This document shows, in pieces, positions 62,324 through 64,000 of a DNA stretch of 64,000 nucleotides. Within the stretch, counting starts at the first letter, position 1. Each line of letters begins with the position of its first letter. The translations under genes and the position numbers were made by a program. Below the pieces are notes generated by a model, which saw nothing but the letters and a program-made list of their open reading frames with translations, ran no database searches and had not been told where the DNA came from. Source of the DNA: Obrimoposthia wandeli (lineage: Eukaryota); contig CDROCS010000646.1 of the NCBI GenBank assembly GCA_977020255.1, positions 806,001-870,000 of the forward strand, given 5' to 3'.

Positions 62324-64000
62324 ATGGGAAAAGCAAAGATACAATACATCATTAGAATGAGGTTTGAAAAGAATGATGGAGAAACTAAAGAATGGTATGC
62401 TTCGCATCGAGCAATGATTTTTTCACATGCTATAATTTCAGAAATGGAAGATACAATGGAAAATAAAGTTGAAGAATATTCAGAAAAAGGTAGTGGTTGG
62501 AAATTGATGAATATACTTGAATATGCATTTATTGTTACTAAATATAGTCAAATTTGTGCATTGTCAGGTCATTCATATATTAAATCACCAAATTATCTTA
62601 CAAAATCTAAAGCAGTCATAAATATTCTAAACTCTGATAATCTTTGCTTTATTTATGCAATATTGTCAATACTTAAATATAATGAAATAGACTCACATAG
62701 AAATAGACCAAGCAACTATGAAAGATTTTTAAATGATTTTGTATATAATTCCGAAGACATGCCTATGAAAATATCAAATATATCAAAATTTGAACGGCAA
62801 AATCCTGGTATAATAATAAATGTATTCATATTCAACGAGGTAAGTGAAAAAGAATCAAAAACTGATGTTATCAAGAATCCTTATATCGATGTTGCATACA
62901 AATCAAAAATGAAGGAAGGAACTATAGTTAATTTATTGTTACTAGAATCCAAGGAACGGTTTCATTATATAGGAATAAGTTGTCTTAACCGGCTATTAAA
63001 TATTCGAACTGGAACGACTAGAATTAGCAGAAAATGGTGTGAAAAGTGTTTACATGGTTTCAAAACCGATTTGTCATTAGAAAAGCATAAAGTTTTATGT
63101 GACTATAATCAAGAAAGCACTACAATGTATACTATGCCTAAGAATAAGTACGTTAAATTCAACGATTGGTCAAAAACTATATCACCGAAATATGTCGTTT
63201 ACGCTGATTTTGAATCTGTATTAGTACCAGATGAGAGTTATCATCAAAAGCATATGCCTGTCGCATCTGGTATGTTATTTATGAGTACAGATGAAATTGA
63301 AACCCAGTATCAATATAATGTTGGTGATGACTGCATAGTTAAATTTCTTCAGTCAATAGAGAACTTGGCTAAAGAAAAGGTTTTGCCATGGTATTTAGAT
63401 GCTCTTAAAAACGTAATGATTCCCTTAACAAATGCAGAGATTCATACATTTAGCAATGCCGATGAATGTTATTTATGTCACGAATCATCTGAAAAATATG
63501 TTAAAGATCATGATCACTTTACTGGTAAATATCTAGGTCCTGCATGCAATGAATGTAATTTATCAAGAAAACTTCGTCCAACTTTACCTATTGTGTTTCA
63601 TAATCTCAGAGGTTATGATTTACATCATATTTTAAAACATGCATTGAATAAATTTACTGACTGGGATATAAATATTATACCACAATCAACGGAAAAGTTT
63701 CAAGCCATGATTGTAAGATTAGGTCAAATAACTCTGAGATTTATAGATTCTTTGCAATTTTTACAATCATCTTTGGAAAATTTAGCCGGTAAATTACCAA
63801 CTATTCCATTAACAAGATCAGTTTTTCCATCTAAACTTATTGATGGCAAAGGAATATTCCCTTATGATTTTGCTACATCATTAAATGTCCTCCAGAATAA
63901 GTTAAGTTTACCAGTAAAATGGAATGATAAAATCACAGACACTGAATATCAAAAAGCACAAGATGTTTGGAAAATAACCAATTGTAGAAATATGTTGGAT
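62324..64000 (+). CDS. polB: Protein-primed DNA polymerase B, 5' part, open to the window end (absent from the ORF track)
   Basis: Manual translation gives 559 open codons with KGSGW, VVYADFES, CYLC..DHDHFTGKYLGPACNECN, FHNLRGYD, FIDSLQF and KGIFPY. Confidence 0.93.
   Translation, partial: MGKAKIQYIIRMRFEKNDGETKEWYASHRAMIFSHAIISEMEDTMENKVEEYSEKGSGWKLMNILEYAFIVTKYSQICALSGHSYIKSPNYLTKSKAVINILNSDNLCFIYAILSILKYNEIDSHRNRPSNYERFLNDFVYNSEDMPMKISNISKFERQNPGIIINVFIFNEVSEKESKTDVIKNPYIDVAYKSKMKEGTIVNLLLLESKERFHYIGISCLNRLLNIRTGTTRISRKWCEKCLHGFKTDLSLEKHKVLCDYNQESTTMYTMPKNKYVKFNDWSKTISPKYVVYADFESVLVPDESYHQKHMPVASGMLFMSTDEIETQYQYNVGDDCIVKFLQSIENLAKEKVLPWYLDALKNVMIPLTNAEIHTFSNADECYLCHESSEKYVKDHDHFTGKYLGPACNECNLSRKLRPTLPIVFHNLRGYDLHHILKHALNKFTDWDINIIPQSTEKFQAMIVRLGQITLRFIDSLQFLQSSLENLAGKLPTIPLTRSVFPSKLIDGKGIFPYDFATSLNVLQNKLSLPVKWNDKITDTEYQKAQDVWKITNCRNMLD

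Larger units (their letters stand above)
54044..64000. mobile_element. Polinton/Maverick element 3, running off the window end
   Basis: 5'-AGTAG terminus, palindromic terminal region and AT-rich subterminal repeats, then ORF-T, protease, MCP, mCP, integrase, ATPase, TBP and PolB. Confidence 0.93.

Overview
AT-rich eukaryotic (probably animal) genomic DNA with tiny GT-AG introns, one assembly gap and many decayed DNA transposons; no host gene could be called with confidence. The window holds three distinct Polinton/Maverick (adintovirus-like) endogenous viruses: element 1 (1-~16.4 kb), a remnant element 2 (~30.7-34.1 kb) and element 3 (54.0 kb to the window end), plus a solo terminal repeat at 45.3 kb. 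Core genes recognised by motif are protein-primed PolB, retroviral-type integrase, A32-like ATPase, adenain-like protease, major and minor capsid proteins and basic core proteins. Two features stand out. (1) All three elements carry a minimal ~150-aa TATA-binding-protein homologue; two copies have an intron at the same codon and the third is intronless. (2) The ATPase of element 1 is split, and its centre deleted, by a 2.74-kb reverse-transcriptase/RNase H element with hepadnavirus-like motifs, a 29-nt terminal direct repeat, an epsilon-like bulged hairpin and no integrase or recombinase. Also present: IAP genes, a spliced gene with a ubiquitin-like domain, a conserved terminal gene family and a duplicated three-way-junction motif. 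All assignments come from manual motif reading; no database search was run.
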